Positions 1 to 15,345 of a stretch of 64,000 nt of DNA are shown here, piece by piece. Position numbers and translations under genes: made by a program. Under the pieces are notes generated by a model, which was given only the letters and a program-made list of their open reading frames with translations, made no database searches and was not told the origin of the DNA. Position 1 is the first letter of the stretch, and every line of letters starts with the position of its first letter. The DNA is from Massalongia carnosa. Lineage: Eukaryota. The DNA lies in the NCBI GenBank assembly GCA_965645245.1, contig OZ287081.1:744001-808000 (forward strand). The letters run 5' to 3'.

Positions 1-1559
<1,559 letters not shown>

Positions 1560-2091
1560 TGTGACTGGGTTGTAGACCGAATAGAAAAAAAAACGCAATG
1601 GCTGTGCGAGCAATCACAAGGCAGTGAACAGATGGCTGATGGGTGTTGCGACCTTTTGATTTCCGACTTAGAAGAAGAGGTTGCTGGAATTGAGCTAACT
1701 TACGCCAAGAGTTGGTTTGTCAGCTTGCGGAGCTTGATCTCATTGGCCGTTGGGTTCAACATCCTTTAACTCTACTATATACGTATCCTTTTACGCTGAG
1801 TTACACGTTTAGCAGAAACTGAATATCAAGTAGGTAATTGAGTTTAAGCAATTAGGGGAAGGTGGATTGTATAGTTGTTCATTGCTTGTATAGAGTGCAC
1901 TGTGGTTTGCATCATGGACATCTATTTTGAAGCTAACAAAAGTCAACATGCTGCTGTGAAAAAACGATCTGAATTTAATATTGACAGCATAATCTGTAAC
2001 TCCCGCTTGAATGCATCAAATCAGCACGCCTCCTATCTGAATAAAGATTACAAGCACAGATGTTCTGAAGCTAGTTGGGCTTAACAAACAC

Positions 2092-2892
2092 CTACGACGC
2101 AACTGGGAAAACCTGCCTGTTTGTCTTGTCGTTAGCAAAGGTGCCCTTTTTCTGCCCTTTCGATCTTCGGTACTTTTCGATTTCCTGACTGACAGCTTTG
2201 TCTAGCCGCCCTTTAAGCTCAGGACGGTATCCAAAATAGAACAGAATCTCCATCCATACGAAGAAAGGGGCCAGAAAGAAGGCTTGTACTAGATTATCAA
2301 GTAATGCAGGTGCACGCCCCTCAAAAGCACCATGGCCTATGAACTGAGCCACCCAGCTTGTGATGAACAGACCCAGGGCCCAATAGTTGGCAGTGTTCCC
2401 ATGAATTGCCGTGAGATGATGCGCGTAGGCTGTTCCCCCCAGCAGAATAGGAGCAAGTAATCCGCCAGCAACAGGTTCCATGAGAATATACAGCGTTGCG
2501 TATAGCAGAGTAGTAAGAGTACCGAGATTAGGGGGTAGATCCTTAATCAAGAGCCAGTCCGGCACCGGTATGAGAGATGGTGAATTGGTCCCCTAAAAGA
2601 CTGTTAATCAGACTTCCTGTTCCTGTAATATGGCTCCGAGCAGTTATCACCTACAAAAAGGAAGGCCGTTAACAGAATTGTAGGGACGCAGATAATGTGA
2701 ATAGCTATATTGATCTATTGGATTGGTCTTCAGCTATTACAGGCACTAAACCGAGGCAAGTAGAAGGGTTTCAAAGATTCCTCACAGGATTATGGTGATA
2801 TGAGCCATACTGAATTTGAGTCAGCTTGCTTGCAGTATTGAATTTCTTGGACCGCGTACGAATAAAAGCTGTTTTTCGAGATTTAAGGCCAT
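2092..2892 (-). CDS. MPO1: Mpo1/DUF962 family ER membrane protein (2-hydroxy fatty acid dioxygenase-like), 4 exons
   Basis: Spliced N-terminus MALNLEKQLLF-YGSYHHNP-INIAIHIICVP and C-terminal WVAQFIGHGAFEGRAPALLDNLVQAFFLAPFFVWME, typical of the YGL010W family. Confidence 0.88.
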
Positions 2893-3580
2893 TATGATAT
2901 TCAAATGGTTAAGTCTTGATAGGTATTTAGGACTTAGTACCGCAATATCATAGCAGCTCTTTCATAAATGCAAAAGATAAGTTGGTTTCAGGAGCTTGCT
3001 ACAGTGCACATGAATTTAATTTATCCCGGGTAATCTGAGCTAACTAATTTCTTGCTTAGTGATCCGCGAGCTGATAGTATTACAGCGCTAGCTTAGATAT
3101 ACGTATCCATGTATCATAACTCACAACCGCAGTCTTTGATTCTTAACACATTCCCTTATTGTTGCGCCGTGCATTGATAAACTCTTAAGTTCCCTCCCTG
3201 AATTTTTAAGAGAGTAAACAAGAGTCTCAGTCTTTGCGTACCATATTCTTTGTTTTCGTGGACCTCAGTACGTCAAACGCTTTATTGCGTTTAGACAGCT
3301 CTACGAAGTAGCTGATTTCAGGGCGAAAATCTTGAAGCTTACATTTTCGCTCACAACACCAAGGCTACCCTGGGCAGCTTACTTAGTACAATTAAGTGGA
3401 TTGTGTGCTCATATCTTCACGTTTAAACTTCTCAAACTTACGAAAAAACTCGAACTCTCTCAGCGTACCAAAGCTCCCGAATAATTGTGGAAAGCCTTTC
3501 ACAATGAGTTGAAAGTCTTTCTTTGTACTACTACGATCAAATAACGCATTGATCAACTATCACTCTGAAAACAACTAAAG

Positions 3581-4259
3581 ATGTTCTTTCTTCACGAGCT
3601 TGAGCGCGTGATTACTCTGCATCCATCATTCTTTGGGCCTCGTGTTAGGGAGTACTTGACAAATCGCCTATTAGAAGATGTGGAGGGTACATGTACTGGG
3701 CAATACTATATTATTTGCGTCATGGATGCCTATGACATTTCAGAAGGGCGTGTAATTCCCAGCAGTGCAGTTGCAGAATATACCGTTCACTACCGAGCAG
3801 TCGTATGGAGACCTTTTAAAGGGGAGACGGTGGGTACGACGAATATTTGAAATTTAAGGCTTTTGCTAAAGTTACTCTCTGTGCTGTAGGTTGATGCCAT
3901 TGTTACCTCCGTTAACAGAATGGGCGTTTTTGCGGACGTTGGGCCTCTATCAGTTTTTGTTTCAAATCATGTTGGTTCTCCGAATATTTAGCGGTGGCAA
4001 AATCATGGATTGCAAGGACTAAAAATCGCAGTTGATACCTTCAGAAATCAAATGGGATCCCAATGCTACGCCCCCCCAATATACCGATAATGGTGACCAA
4101 GTCATCGAAAAGGGCACCCACCTACGCATTAAACTCATCGGTACTAGAAGCGATGTTGGGAGTATGTTTGCGATTGGTAGCGTTAAGGAGGATTTTTTGG
4201 GGTATTTCCATCAATTCTCATGTATATGCAGATGTTAACGTTCGGCCAGAACACTTTGA
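3581..4259 (+). CDS. RPB7: RNA polymerase II subunit Rpb7, 4 exons
   Basis: [20 protein letters not shown]...[45 protein letters not shown] introns; last exon gives GTL-stop at 4257-4259. Confidence 0.95.
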
Positions 4260-4770
4260 TTCCTCTGTTTGGCCACGCAGAGCGAACTTCTTATGCCATG
4301 CTGCGATGCGTATTTCATTGAAGGAACCGAAATTTTAGAGCGACACCGTGGAGTGCTTATAATCCACAAGGATCCGAGGCATTTGCTTTGAGATGCGGTA
4401 TCAGTAAAAGCAAGATAACTAACTGTAAATAAGTACGATTCTCCTAGGAGTAAAGCTTGAGGAGAGGTATGATTATGTAGGATAGCGCCTACGTAGACCA
4501 AGGTCAGCACCTGGTAGTAATGGACAACATGAAATGAAGCCCTTTGAAAATATTATATTTTTCCCAGGGATTTTTTCCGTGACGTCTCTCCGTTTTTCGA
4601 TTTGCCGCAAATGGGTATCAATCAAAGTCTTTGACAATGCCTTAACGAATGCTAGTGATTAGTCATCCGTCTTTGGCTCAATTGCAGCACTAGAAACCCA
4701 CTAAGTGTTCTTGTCTACTTGATAGAACACTCCCAATGAAAAACAGCCAGCTATTGGGCAAAAGACTAAG

Positions 4771-7608
4771 ATGGCTATTGAGAAATACACCGATGAGGAA
4801 GAGATGAAACCTTTAGCTCATGGTACTTCGACCCTCAATAAAAGTCGTACCTCCCTAGATTCGGTCACTTCCGCCTCAACCACATCTATAGCTTTAGAGC
4901 GTCTTGAAGTTTTCGTGAACCCACAAGAAAATTACCACATAAAAGCACCCTCTGATGTGAACGGGTTTCACAGCAAGGATGAAGACTACGACGAGGAAGT
5001 AACTTTTCTCGGTAACAGCCACCCGAGACCAGTTGAGAAGAGAGCGCAGCGGATCTTGTGGTCCCTCGGAGTCTTATGTTTTGGAGGATGGCTACTTGCT
5101 CTGGTACTTTTCTTATCCCGACAGAGCTACAAACACGCATCAGCTTTACCCCATGATCCTGCGGCAACTGTTTCGAGGGGCTCTGGAAAAGCTGTCACGC
5201 TGGACGAGGTGCTTGGCGGAGTTTGGCGTGCAAGAAAACATGAGATATCATGGATCCAGGGCTCCCAAGGCGAGGACGGGTTGCTTCTGGAGAGAGAAGG
5301 TGGGTCTGGGAGGGACTACTTGGTGGTGGAGGATGTGCGAAATAGCAAGCCTAACACAGGTTCCCTGAACAGTTATACACTTATGAAGTATGGCGGCTTC
5401 AAGGTCAATGATGTTCAAGTATATCCAAACAAGGTTTGGCCAAGTCTGGATCACAAAAAGGTCCTCGTCATGTCTAAGGAACAGCATAATTGGCGTCATT
5501 CGTACACGGGCAACTACTGGGTTTTTGACGTTGCCAGCCAAGAAGCACAAGCGCTAGATCCTGGGAATCCTGAGGGTAGGATACAGCTAGCGTCATGGTC
5601 ACCACAGTCTGACGCGATTGTCTTTACAAGAGACAATAACATGTTCATTCGGAAGCTTTCCTCTGATGATGTCACCCAAATAACCCACGATGGTGGGACT
5701 GAGCTGTTTTATGGCGTCCCGGATTGGGTTTATGAAGAAGAAGTCTTTCAAGCCAACAGCGCAACATGGTGGTCTGAAGACGGCAGTTATGTTGCATTTC
5801 TACGTACAAACGAGACCGCCGTTCCTGAGTATCCAATTCAGTATTTTGTTTCAAGACCGAGTGGGAAGGAACCAGCCCCAGGCGAGGAGAATTATCCCGA
5901 GGTGCGGCAAATTAAATATCCAAAGGCCGGTGCTGCAAATCCTATCGTAGATTTACGATTTTACGAAGTCGCAAAAAATGAAGTATTTAAAGTACAGATC
6001 GATGAGGACTACTCTGATGATGATCGACTGATCACGGAGGTGGTGTGGGCTGGAAAGGACGGGAACATCTTGGTCAAGGAGACCAATAGGGAAAGTGATA
6101 TTCTCAAGGTTGTTCTTATCGACGTAACACAACGCACTGGTAGGATTGTAAGAACCGTCGATGTCAACGCTCTTGATGGCGGGTGGTTTGAAGTTTCTGA
6201 AGAAACTCGATTCATCCCAAGCGACCCTAGGAACGGCCGGCCACATAGCGGCTATATTGACACCGTCATTCATGAAGGATACGACCATCTCGCATATTTC
6301 ACTCCCCTCGATAACCCGAAACCCATTTTTCTTACAGCAGGAGCCTGGGAGGTTGTTAATGCTCCCTCAGCCGTTGATTTGAAACAGAACCTAGTATATT
6401 TCATTGCAACCAAAGAGTCACCAATACAACGACATATCTATAGCGTCAGACTTGACGGGACAGGGCTGCAATCTATCAGCGATACCAGCAAGGAAGGCTA
6501 CTATGATGTATCTTTCTCAACAGGCGGTGGATATGCTCTACTTTCGTATCAAGGACCGGAGATACCATGGCAAAAGGTCATTAGCACGCCTAGCAGTTCA
6601 GATCGATTTGAAAGCCACATCGAAGACAATCAAGCTTTGGCAAAATATGCGGCTGAACATGAGTTGCCCATTGAAATCTATCAGACAGTAAGGTTAGATG
6701 GATTTGATCTGCAAGTCGTCGAGCGCCGGCCTCCCCACTTTGACGAGAAAAAGCAATATCCCGTGGTATTTCATCTTTACGGTGGTCCTGGCTCACAGAC
6801 GGTCGATAAGAAGTTTACGGTCGACTTCCAAGCTTATCTCGCGTCAAGTTTAGGATACATAGTAGTCACTGTTGACGGTCGCGGGACCGGCTTTATAGGC
6901 AGGGAAGCACGATGTATCATCAGGGGCCACATTGGCTTTTACGAAGCTCTAGATCAGATCGAGACGGCGAAGCTATGGACGAAGAAGAAGTACGTGGACC
7001 CTGAGAGATTAGCAATCTGGGGTTGGAGTTACGGTGGCTTTATGACGTTGAAGACATTAGAGTTGGATGGAGGGCGTACTTTTAAGTATGGGATGGCAGT
7101 GGCTCCGGTGACAGACTGGCGTTTTTATGGTAAGTCGGTCGCATTCACTCATCCGGATTCGATAATTTTGCTAAGCAAATCGTAGATTCCATCTACACTG
7201 AGCGTTACATGCATACGCCACAACACAACGCTGATGGCTATCTGAATACCTCAATTACGAATATGACTGCTCTGCGGAGCAACGTACGATTTTTAATGAT
7301 GCATGGGGTGGCCGATGATAACGTTCATATGCAAAACTCACTCACGCTGCTCGATAAGCTTGACCTTGCGAATGTGGAGAACTACGACGTTCATGTGTTT
7401 CCCGACTCAGATCATGGTATCTACTTTCATAACGCAAATAAGATGGTTTACGATCGTACGTCAGCTTCCAGTTTCCTTCCAGCCGAATCATGCTTACTAT
7501 TCGGCAGGACTGAGCAATTGGCTGATCAATGCTTTCAATGGAGAATGGCTCCGGACTGAAGATCCGGTACCCTTCGAGAGGATAGGGGTAAGAGTCAAAG
7601 TAAGATAA
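4771..7608 (+). CDS. DAP2: Dipeptidyl aminopeptidase B (S9B family, type II membrane protein)
   Basis: N-terminal TM helix, [11 protein letters not shown], catalytic [19 protein letters not shown]; introns 7130-7185 and 7456-7507. Confidence 0.93.
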
Positions 7609-7950
7609 GTGTGTTTTCTTCAAAACATATCTCTGCATCTTTGTTAGCCATTTATCTTTTTAAATTACGCAGCGTTTTTGTAAGCGAAATATGCGTTGGC
7701 ATGTTGGATCTATGTAGCATATTGATTTACTTGCAATATACCTCTCTGGAATGGGTTCACCCGAACAATTCACGTGGATAGGCACTGGTTGGCGTTGGGC
7801 GGTTTTTTTTAAATCGTCATCACAATGACATCACCCGCTTAGGCGAACCTACATCCGAATTTATAAAATAAGTTCCTGAGACAATTTTCTCAAGCTTTCT
7901 CACAATCGGTGCATCATCTAACTTACCCCGAGTTCTCTTGATTCTTCAGT

Positions 7951-9220
7951 ATGACAGATATGCCTGTCCTATCTCCAACTACCAAAGACCTTCTCGCCAA
8001 AGTGCGCATAATCGTGCCGCCCATGCTGGAAAAATTTCACAAAGGCATTATTATTCTCCACAAACCATTCCTCGTCATGCTTGCACTGACTCGGACTTAT
8101 AGGTCAACTGGGTAGAGTGGCTGTCATTGGCGGGAGTGTAAAGTTTGTTTAAAAATTGGTTGCTTTACCTGAAATTTGATTCTTGGAGGTGCTAAGACCT
8201 GGTGCCCGTTGAATAGTTACACCGGTGCGCCATACTTCTCTGCCATGGCTTCAGCGAGACTAGGTGCGTACCTCTTTCACTCATCTCTTGCCTATTCTTA
8301 ACGATAAGCCACTAGCTAACACAACATTCCCTCACAAAACAGGCGCCGACTTGGTAACCCCCTCTTTCTCCAATCTGTTCCAAAACCCCCCAAGCTGAAC
8401 CAGGCCCCCTCTCTCCACTTAAAACCAGTCCCACGTAATCTGCACCCCCGCCGCCGCCACCGTTATAAAAACCTACTCCCCCAACTTAATGGTGCATCCG
8501 CTAATGCGCGAAACCCCCAACCCGGACCCCCCCTCCTCGCTTGCGAAACCCGTCATAGAGCTAATGCCGCACCTGAACGTTATTGTCATCGGTCCTGGCC
8601 TTGGTCGCGACCCGCTCATGCAAGAGACTGCTGCGTGCATTATCACTGCCGCGCGCTCTGCCAATATTCCCCTCGTGCTGGACGCTGATGCGCTTTTCCT
8701 TATTCAGGCGCAGCCGGACCTAGTTAAGGGCTACAAGGAGTGCGTACTGACGCCGAATGTGGTGGAGTTTGCGCGGCTGGCCAAAGCCATCGGCGTCGAT
8801 CCCGGGGATGAGGCCGAGGGGAAAGAAGGATGTTTAGCGGTGGCAAAGGCCTTGGGCGGCGTGCTAATTGTACGCAAGGGCCGGCAGGATTGGATCAGCG
8901 ACGGCGACAAGGCCGTGGTCGGTGATCTCGAGGGTGGGCGGAAACGCAGCGGCGGCCAGGGTGATACGTTGACAGGCTGTATCGGCACGATGCTAGCGTG
9001 GCGGGGCCTGTATCTGGATCATGCCTGGGAGGTCGAGCGTGATTTGGGCCGCGCCGAGACGTTGCTGTTGGCGGCGTGGGGCGGGAGCGCCATCACGCGG
9101 GAGTGCAGCCGGTTGGCGTTTAGAAAGTTTGGAAGGAGTTTGCAGGCGAGCGATTTGACGGAACAAGTGGCTGGGGCGTTTTTGACGCTGGTGGGCGAGA
9201 AGGAGGAAAGTAAGTTGTGA
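7951..9220 (+). CDS. ATP-dependent NAD(P)HX dehydratase (YjeF C-terminal/carbohydrate kinase family), 5 exons
   Basis: Spliced [68 protein letters not shown]. Confidence 0.92.
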
Positions 9221-9691
9221 GGGTCTTGGTATTTTGGGGTAGGGGGCTCGGGTGTACATAAGTTAGACATCATCTGACATTAGCATGCAGGAATTGTCCT
9301 AATAGCAGCTAAACTTCTCGGGAGTTGATATGGAACTAACTCTGAAGACGTTTCCGCTTTCTGTCTTGAAAAAAAAACAGAATACCTTATTTCTTGCCGA
9401 GAAGCATTTTCTATGATCTACTACAGGAGAAGATAACAGCTAGCTCCTCAAAGAAGGAACGAGTTCCCCCAGGAACCACCCCCCTAAACCTCTTTTGATG
9501 CTTTCACAATCCCCTGTTAAACACCTACGCCCGCTAAGGTAAATCAACAGCACTGCTAAACCATATCATCTCTCGACCCCGAGAAGGGGAATTAAAGTAA
9601 GAAAAATGTTTTCATACTCAACATTGAAGAACTAGGATGAACCTATTTCACATTCCCCCCATCCTAGGCGCTCTCATCATCCTTGTCATGA

Positions 9692-10865
9692 TTAAAAAGC
9701 TCTCTTCTTGGCTCTTTTCGCCAAGAGCTCCAGCCCCTTCTTCCGCTCCTCCTTCTTGCGCTTCATCTGCAGCTCGATGCGCGCCTGCTCCTCGTCCTCT
9801 TTCTTGGCGACTTTAATCGCATCCCTTTCCTCCTCCTCCACGTCGAGAAAGCCAGCTTCCATATCGTCGGACTCATCGCCTTCCTCTTCCTCTTCTTCAC
9901 CGTCCTCGTCTTCATCCTCATCCTCAGAAATATATCGGTTGTATCGGGCATTCGTAGCTGACTGGCGACCAAGGGAGGCGCTGCGGCTACGGGCGGTGCC
10001 GTTATTCATGACGAAAGTCTTTCGGGAGGAGGCATTTGGTGACGAGACAGGCTTCATGGTACCTTTGTAAGATGGTTGCGATTTTGCTGGTTTTGCGGAG
10101 GCAGTTCCTCTATACGCGGGTGGTGAAGCGGTTTTCCTTCTCAATCCTCCAGCGACGGGCTTGTTTCTGGATACTAATGCTCCAGAAACTGGGCTAGGGC
10201 TGCCATTTTGAGGCATACTTTGAGGGACACACCTTGGCGGTGAAACTTTCGACCCAGGCTTCCTTTTACCAAGTTTGCTTTGCTTTTGAAGCAGTATTTC
10301 TTTCTTATTACTTATTGTCTCCTTTGGCTTATGTTTTATGACCCCAACGGCGGGAGCGGCTGCTTGCAACGATTTAGCTCGAGCCATGATTTCCGCAAAA
10401 GATCCCTTCTTCGGCGGAGCTTTAAGCGTGTCGCTGACTTGTGTAATAGGCGATGCGGAATTTGGGCGAGCCTTGCTTGTGCCTCGATATGGGACTGCTA
10501 AAGCAGAGGAGGAAGTTGCGACAGTAGGTCTCTGAACTTTAGCTGCTGAGTTAGGTAAAGCAGATTTCAAACTAGCACTAGGTCCACTGTTCATGCTATT
10601 CTTTAGAACCTTATCATTGGATCTAGACAACCCATCGTCTGCTTTACGCTTAAGATCTAAAGTGGTTGTTTTATGTGTTGGGCGCGAAGACACAGTTTCT
10701 CGGCCGTTCAGTGTATTGCTATGTGAGGAGCTGGGTCTAGACGTTGGTACATGTGGAAATGGGGGTGGAGGCCCATCTCCACCAATGGAGCTGAGAACGG
10801 AGTTGAGAAACTACTCAGCCTGTCAACAGATGTTTGAAATATCTCAACACAGTACTCACACTCAT
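9692..10865 (-). CDS. SPT2: SPT2 chromatin protein
   Basis: MS|FLNSVLSSIG start with one intron, basic low-complexity body with KKGSFAEIMARAK, acidic tract, then SDDMEAGFLDVEEEE...AKKEDEEQARIE (SPT2 C-terminal motif). Confidence 0.85.
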
Positions 10866-11411
10866 TTTGATGCGTCGATAATATGCCTAAAATCCTCCAC
10901 TACCGCCGATGGTTTGTTGGTTTATGTAAATTCATGCTTCTGAGCGAGAAGTTGTCAAGCTCGATGGTTGAGTAGTTAAAGTTATTATTAATGATATAGT
11001 CGACAATAATCAACTCATAAACAATACTAAGTGTTTTGAGAAAGAAACTAGATATGCTTAACACTTTGTAATCAGTGTACCTATGAGAATGTTCACTGCT
11101 ATCGGAAGCTATCAAGTATCGAGGTAGAGATGGAGGCGTCAGGGAAAGAGATCTCGTTACTGTAGGGCTAAGCGAGTTATCCGCCATTAGTTTCCCACAA
11201 GGCGAATTGATATTAAAAATCCTTTTCACTCTATCTCGACTCGACCAGAAATCTTTACTCAAGAACTTGACGTTTCAGTCTCCGCCCAAGTCTGCGGTTA
11301 AATCGATTGAATCTCTTGTTCACCTATTTTCATTACCAAGGTAAACTGGATCTTCCCAATATTCGTGTTGCGCAAGTCGTCACATTCTGATCACCTTCTA
11401 GAACATAAGAA

Positions 11412-11807
11412 ATGAAGCACCTCGCTGCATACCTACTTCTTCGCTTAGGCGGCAACGACTCGCCCTCGGCATCTGATGTCAAGGGTGTTCTGGGTTCTGT
11501 TGGAATTGACGCTGACGGCGACCGTTTGGACAAGTTGATTGCTGAGCTTAAGGGCAAGGACATACAAGATGTATGCTTACACAATAAATTCTTCGCTTGA
11601 TCGAGCCTTCAATTGACTTGACTATAGTTAATCTCCCAAGGTTCTGCCAAGCTTGCATCTGTCCCATCTGGAAGTGGGGGTGGTGGCGGAGGGGGAGCGG
11701 CGGCCCCTACTGCTGGTGGTGTTGCTGCAGCCGAAGAAGAGAAACCTGCTGAGGAGGAAGAGAAGGAGGAGTCAGATGAGGATATGGGATTTGGTCTTTT
11801 TGACTAA
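11412..11807 (+). CDS. RPP2: 60S acidic ribosomal protein P2
   Basis: [32 protein letters not shown], one intron, C-terminal [17 protein letters not shown]. Confidence 0.97.
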
Positions 11808-12490
11808 ATTGTCTAAATATCTATGTTTGGGAAGATCATTAGGTGGGTTGAGGAAGAGCTATGCAGTTTTTATGATCAAGATGTACTGCAGCAACTTGGG
11901 CTTACTACACTTAAGTACTATCTTGAGATGCCTGTATCATCCATCTTCTTACGTCCAGGCAATACGAGATAATTAACCTCTATTATCATAAAACACTTAA
12001 GAAAGCAACCCTTGTTCACTTACCCAGTGTTTCTCTTAATTAGAGTACGTTTATAATATCAGATAAACATTATAATGCATCCATTGCCACGTTTTAGTAA
12101 TTAACCACACGGAGACCCAAAAAAGTTGCCATGGCGTGACCGAGCCATTCTAAAGACATTCATTGCGGAATTTTTACCTAACAACCAGCAAACTCGAAAT
12201 TGTAAAATAATTCAATTGTGTTCTTTGAGTACAGTTCATTTCGATATAACTTTACATCGTTAAATTGATCAAATGTGGTTGTCCCTGAGCATCGAAATGA
12301 TGTGATGGTGTAATTTCGATGTAGCAGCCTTTTTTAGTCCCGAAGGCAATTGGCGCCACCCATTCTCGCTTAATTTAGCGGCTCCACGAACTTCATGGTC
12401 GCAATTCAATATCATACCACCAAGTCAGGTACAACAACAAAGTCCACGCAACACGTTCAAAGTTGGAGTTGAAAGCGCAAGGCCGCAACT

Positions 12491-13267
12491 ATGGCAGATG
12501 TAGACTACGTGAGTTTATACCCAAACTTGTTATTAAGGAGGCTTTAGCGATCTTGTTAGTTACGACCTTTTGCTGATACATCCATTCTAGAACGCCGAGG
12601 AGGCTGCTGGTACGTATTCATGAACCATAGTGTGGAAGCAAGAGGATTTTTTTAGACATATTTACGAATACTCGATTTGTTCTTCTATACGGACTATAGG
12701 ATGACTGTGTGTGTCGCAATTATCCAAAGCTGACGGAAAATGTCATGACCTAGAGCTTAAGAAGAAGAGAACCTTTCGTAAATTTTCATACCGCGGTATC
12801 GATCTCGACGAGTACGTACCACCGTCTATGAAAGTCATTCATTCCCAGAGTTTATGTTCCCAATCTCTTGAAGCCGCTACTGATGATGCCATTTAATCAG
12901 TCTCCTTGACCTCACCTCCGAACAACTTCGCGATGTCGTTCATGCTCGTGCACGCCGTCGATTCAACCGCGGTCTAAAGCGCAAGCCCATGGGTTTGATC
13001 AAAAAGCTACGCAAAGCCAAGCAAGAAGCTAAACCCAACGAGAAGCCAGAGCTGGTTAAGACTCATCTGCGAAATATGATCGTGGTGCCAGAGATGATTG
13101 GCAGCGTGATTGGGATATATTCTGGCAAGGAATTCAATCAGGTGGAGATCAAGCCGGAGATGGTGGGCTTCTACTTGGGTGAGTTCTCGATTAGCTACAA
13201 ACCAGTCAAGCACGGTAGACCAGGTATTGGGGCAACGCATAGTTCGAGATTTATTCCACTAAAGTAG
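12491..13267 (+). CDS. RPS15: 40S ribosomal protein S15 (uS19), 4 exons
   Basis: [47 protein letters not shown]; two short 5' exons (18 and 19 nt). Confidence 0.97.
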
Positions 13268-13864
13268 AAGATATGGGGCATAAGGCTTTTAGGAGTGCAA
13301 CAGGGTCGGGGTTAGGCTAGATTTGTTCTACATTGCTCAAGTATTTACAACCAGCTTTATCCTTGATAATTGCCCTGATTCCTTCCTTGCTTCCTTCTTT
13401 GACTACACTTGGGCGCTTGAGAACTAAATTTTAGCTTACGATATGCCACTCTTGAAAAAGCATCCTCAGTTGCCTTTTTCACATCATCACTACTACGGTT
13501 TTTTGTAGTGAGTTTTTTTGGTTATCTATTTCTCGCGCTCAAATCTTTCTCTGTAATTCCCAGACAGGTGTAACCACACCAACAATACCACCACCATGAA
13601 GGCACACATACATGTAGCTCAACCAATCATCTTAAGCTCCTATTCGGCCATTTTCACCCCAAACGCAGTTCTACAGCTTAAAATTTTGACTCACGAAGTT
13701 TTCGCCACCAACCAAAGACCGCATCAATTACAATCATTGCCTCCTGCAAGCTGCACCCCACTACGGTGTATTGGGACTGTTGCCTATTTCCAGAATTATC
13801 GGGCGACATCGACCTGCCGCCCTCCCTTTCAATAGTGGTGAAGGGCGACTCGGTCGACCGACCA

Positions 13865-14990
13865 TCACAACCCCCAGCGGTGCTTTCTTGGGTGGACTCC
13901 ATCGGAATCGTTTCTTGGGTGGGGGGTTTGGTGGAACAAATCAAGCAGCCGGTCTAGCTGACCGGGCTCATAACCTGTTGGAACTGTGACTGCAACAGGC
14001 GAAATGGTAGGACTGGGCGATTGACGGTCAATCGTTTCTCCCAACCTCTTTTGCATGCGCCGAAACTCGTTTGTCGAACTAGCTATATCAACCGCCATGC
14101 CGCCCAGTCCTACCATTTCGCCTGTTGCAGTCACAGTCCCAACATGATGCGCTCCATATAAACTCTGCGACGATCTCAAAATAGCACGACCCGAGGAAAA
14201 CGCGTGGAAGTCTTCCATGATGTCGATAATGTCATCCAGGAAGATGGAGGGTTCAGAAGGCAGTGTTTGCACATAAAACATGGTTATTCTTAAGAGCAGC
14301 TCTTCTGTATCTTTTGGCATGAACTTACAATAGATAAAGATATTCTCCCTTGGGAGTTGCGATATATCTTAGTTCAATCCGACTGCCATGGCTTTCAGCT
14401 CCATTGAGTTCAAATAAGTGAGTTAGGTGATTATAGGTTTTCCAATCAGACTTCTTAACCAACAGTCCTCTAATACTTCTATATTCAGCCATTAGAGTTT
14501 ATCTCCTTTCATATCTCACTGCTGAAGCCAGAGCCAGAGACTCATGATGCAGGTCTTATCAACCGTCATTATCAGTGTCTGCTCGGCAGTTTTCGTGAGC
14601 ATAAGTTGTTGCGTGTCTATCCCACCGCTAAATGAAGCCATTGCAGAGCGAGATAGACCGGCAATGGGCTCTTTAACGCTTACACCGTACCTAGGGCTCA
14701 GAGTTTCCGCCACCAGTAAGTCATTCCTAGCTATGCTTCCCAATAACCTTCGACATGAACTGCGCTAACATTAGACCTTTCTTCGGCAGTCTCATCAACA
14801 AGCCTCCCTACATTCTCATCACCGTCCGGCATACTTCTTTCCAAGACGTAGGGAGGCATAGGACTCATGGTCATAGCTGCCGCTATTTGGCTGTACATTC
14901 TTGCTCTCATCGCTCTCTATTTGGTCTAGGCAAGAAACCTGAAGCGTACTAAGAAGTGTGCCCGAGCAGGCGGAGAACTTGCCCACGGTG
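13865..14990 (-). CDS. Hypothetical spliced gene (5' end unresolved, possibly pseudogene)
   Basis: Three GT-AG introns (14760-14834, 14479-14519, 14289-14328), all phase 2, join stop-free segments into one frame ending in ORF 13865-14320. No recognisable domain and no clean ATG found. Confidence 0.4.
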
Positions 14991-15345
14991 ATAAGCCAGT
15001 AGAGTTAAAAGGAAATCGGTATACAAGAGGTTTACTGTTCTCCGGTGGAGCTCAAGGAGGATATGGTGCATGAAATGCCCACCCTGCCTGTGGAACTGAA
15101 GTGTAATTTATGGCCTGAGGCTTAACTTCTTCAAAAGTTTTAGATAGCCCTTCGTTATAGCCCTTTGCACTACCAAGAAAGGGTACAGAGTTCGCTTTCT
15201 TGATTGCTTTGGCTTAATGGACAAAATGATGGTAATGATACCACACCATATTGCTAGGTACAGGCATGTCTTGAAGAGAAAAGGTGATAGCCAACAGAAT
15301 CGCTTAGGATTTACTTTGGTTCTCGCAATTTTCTCAGTTAAACTA

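Noticed and set aside
12610..12753. Possible intronic snoRNA in RPS15 intron 2
   Set aside because: No convincing paired C/D boxes with a terminal stem, and no H/ACA architecture.
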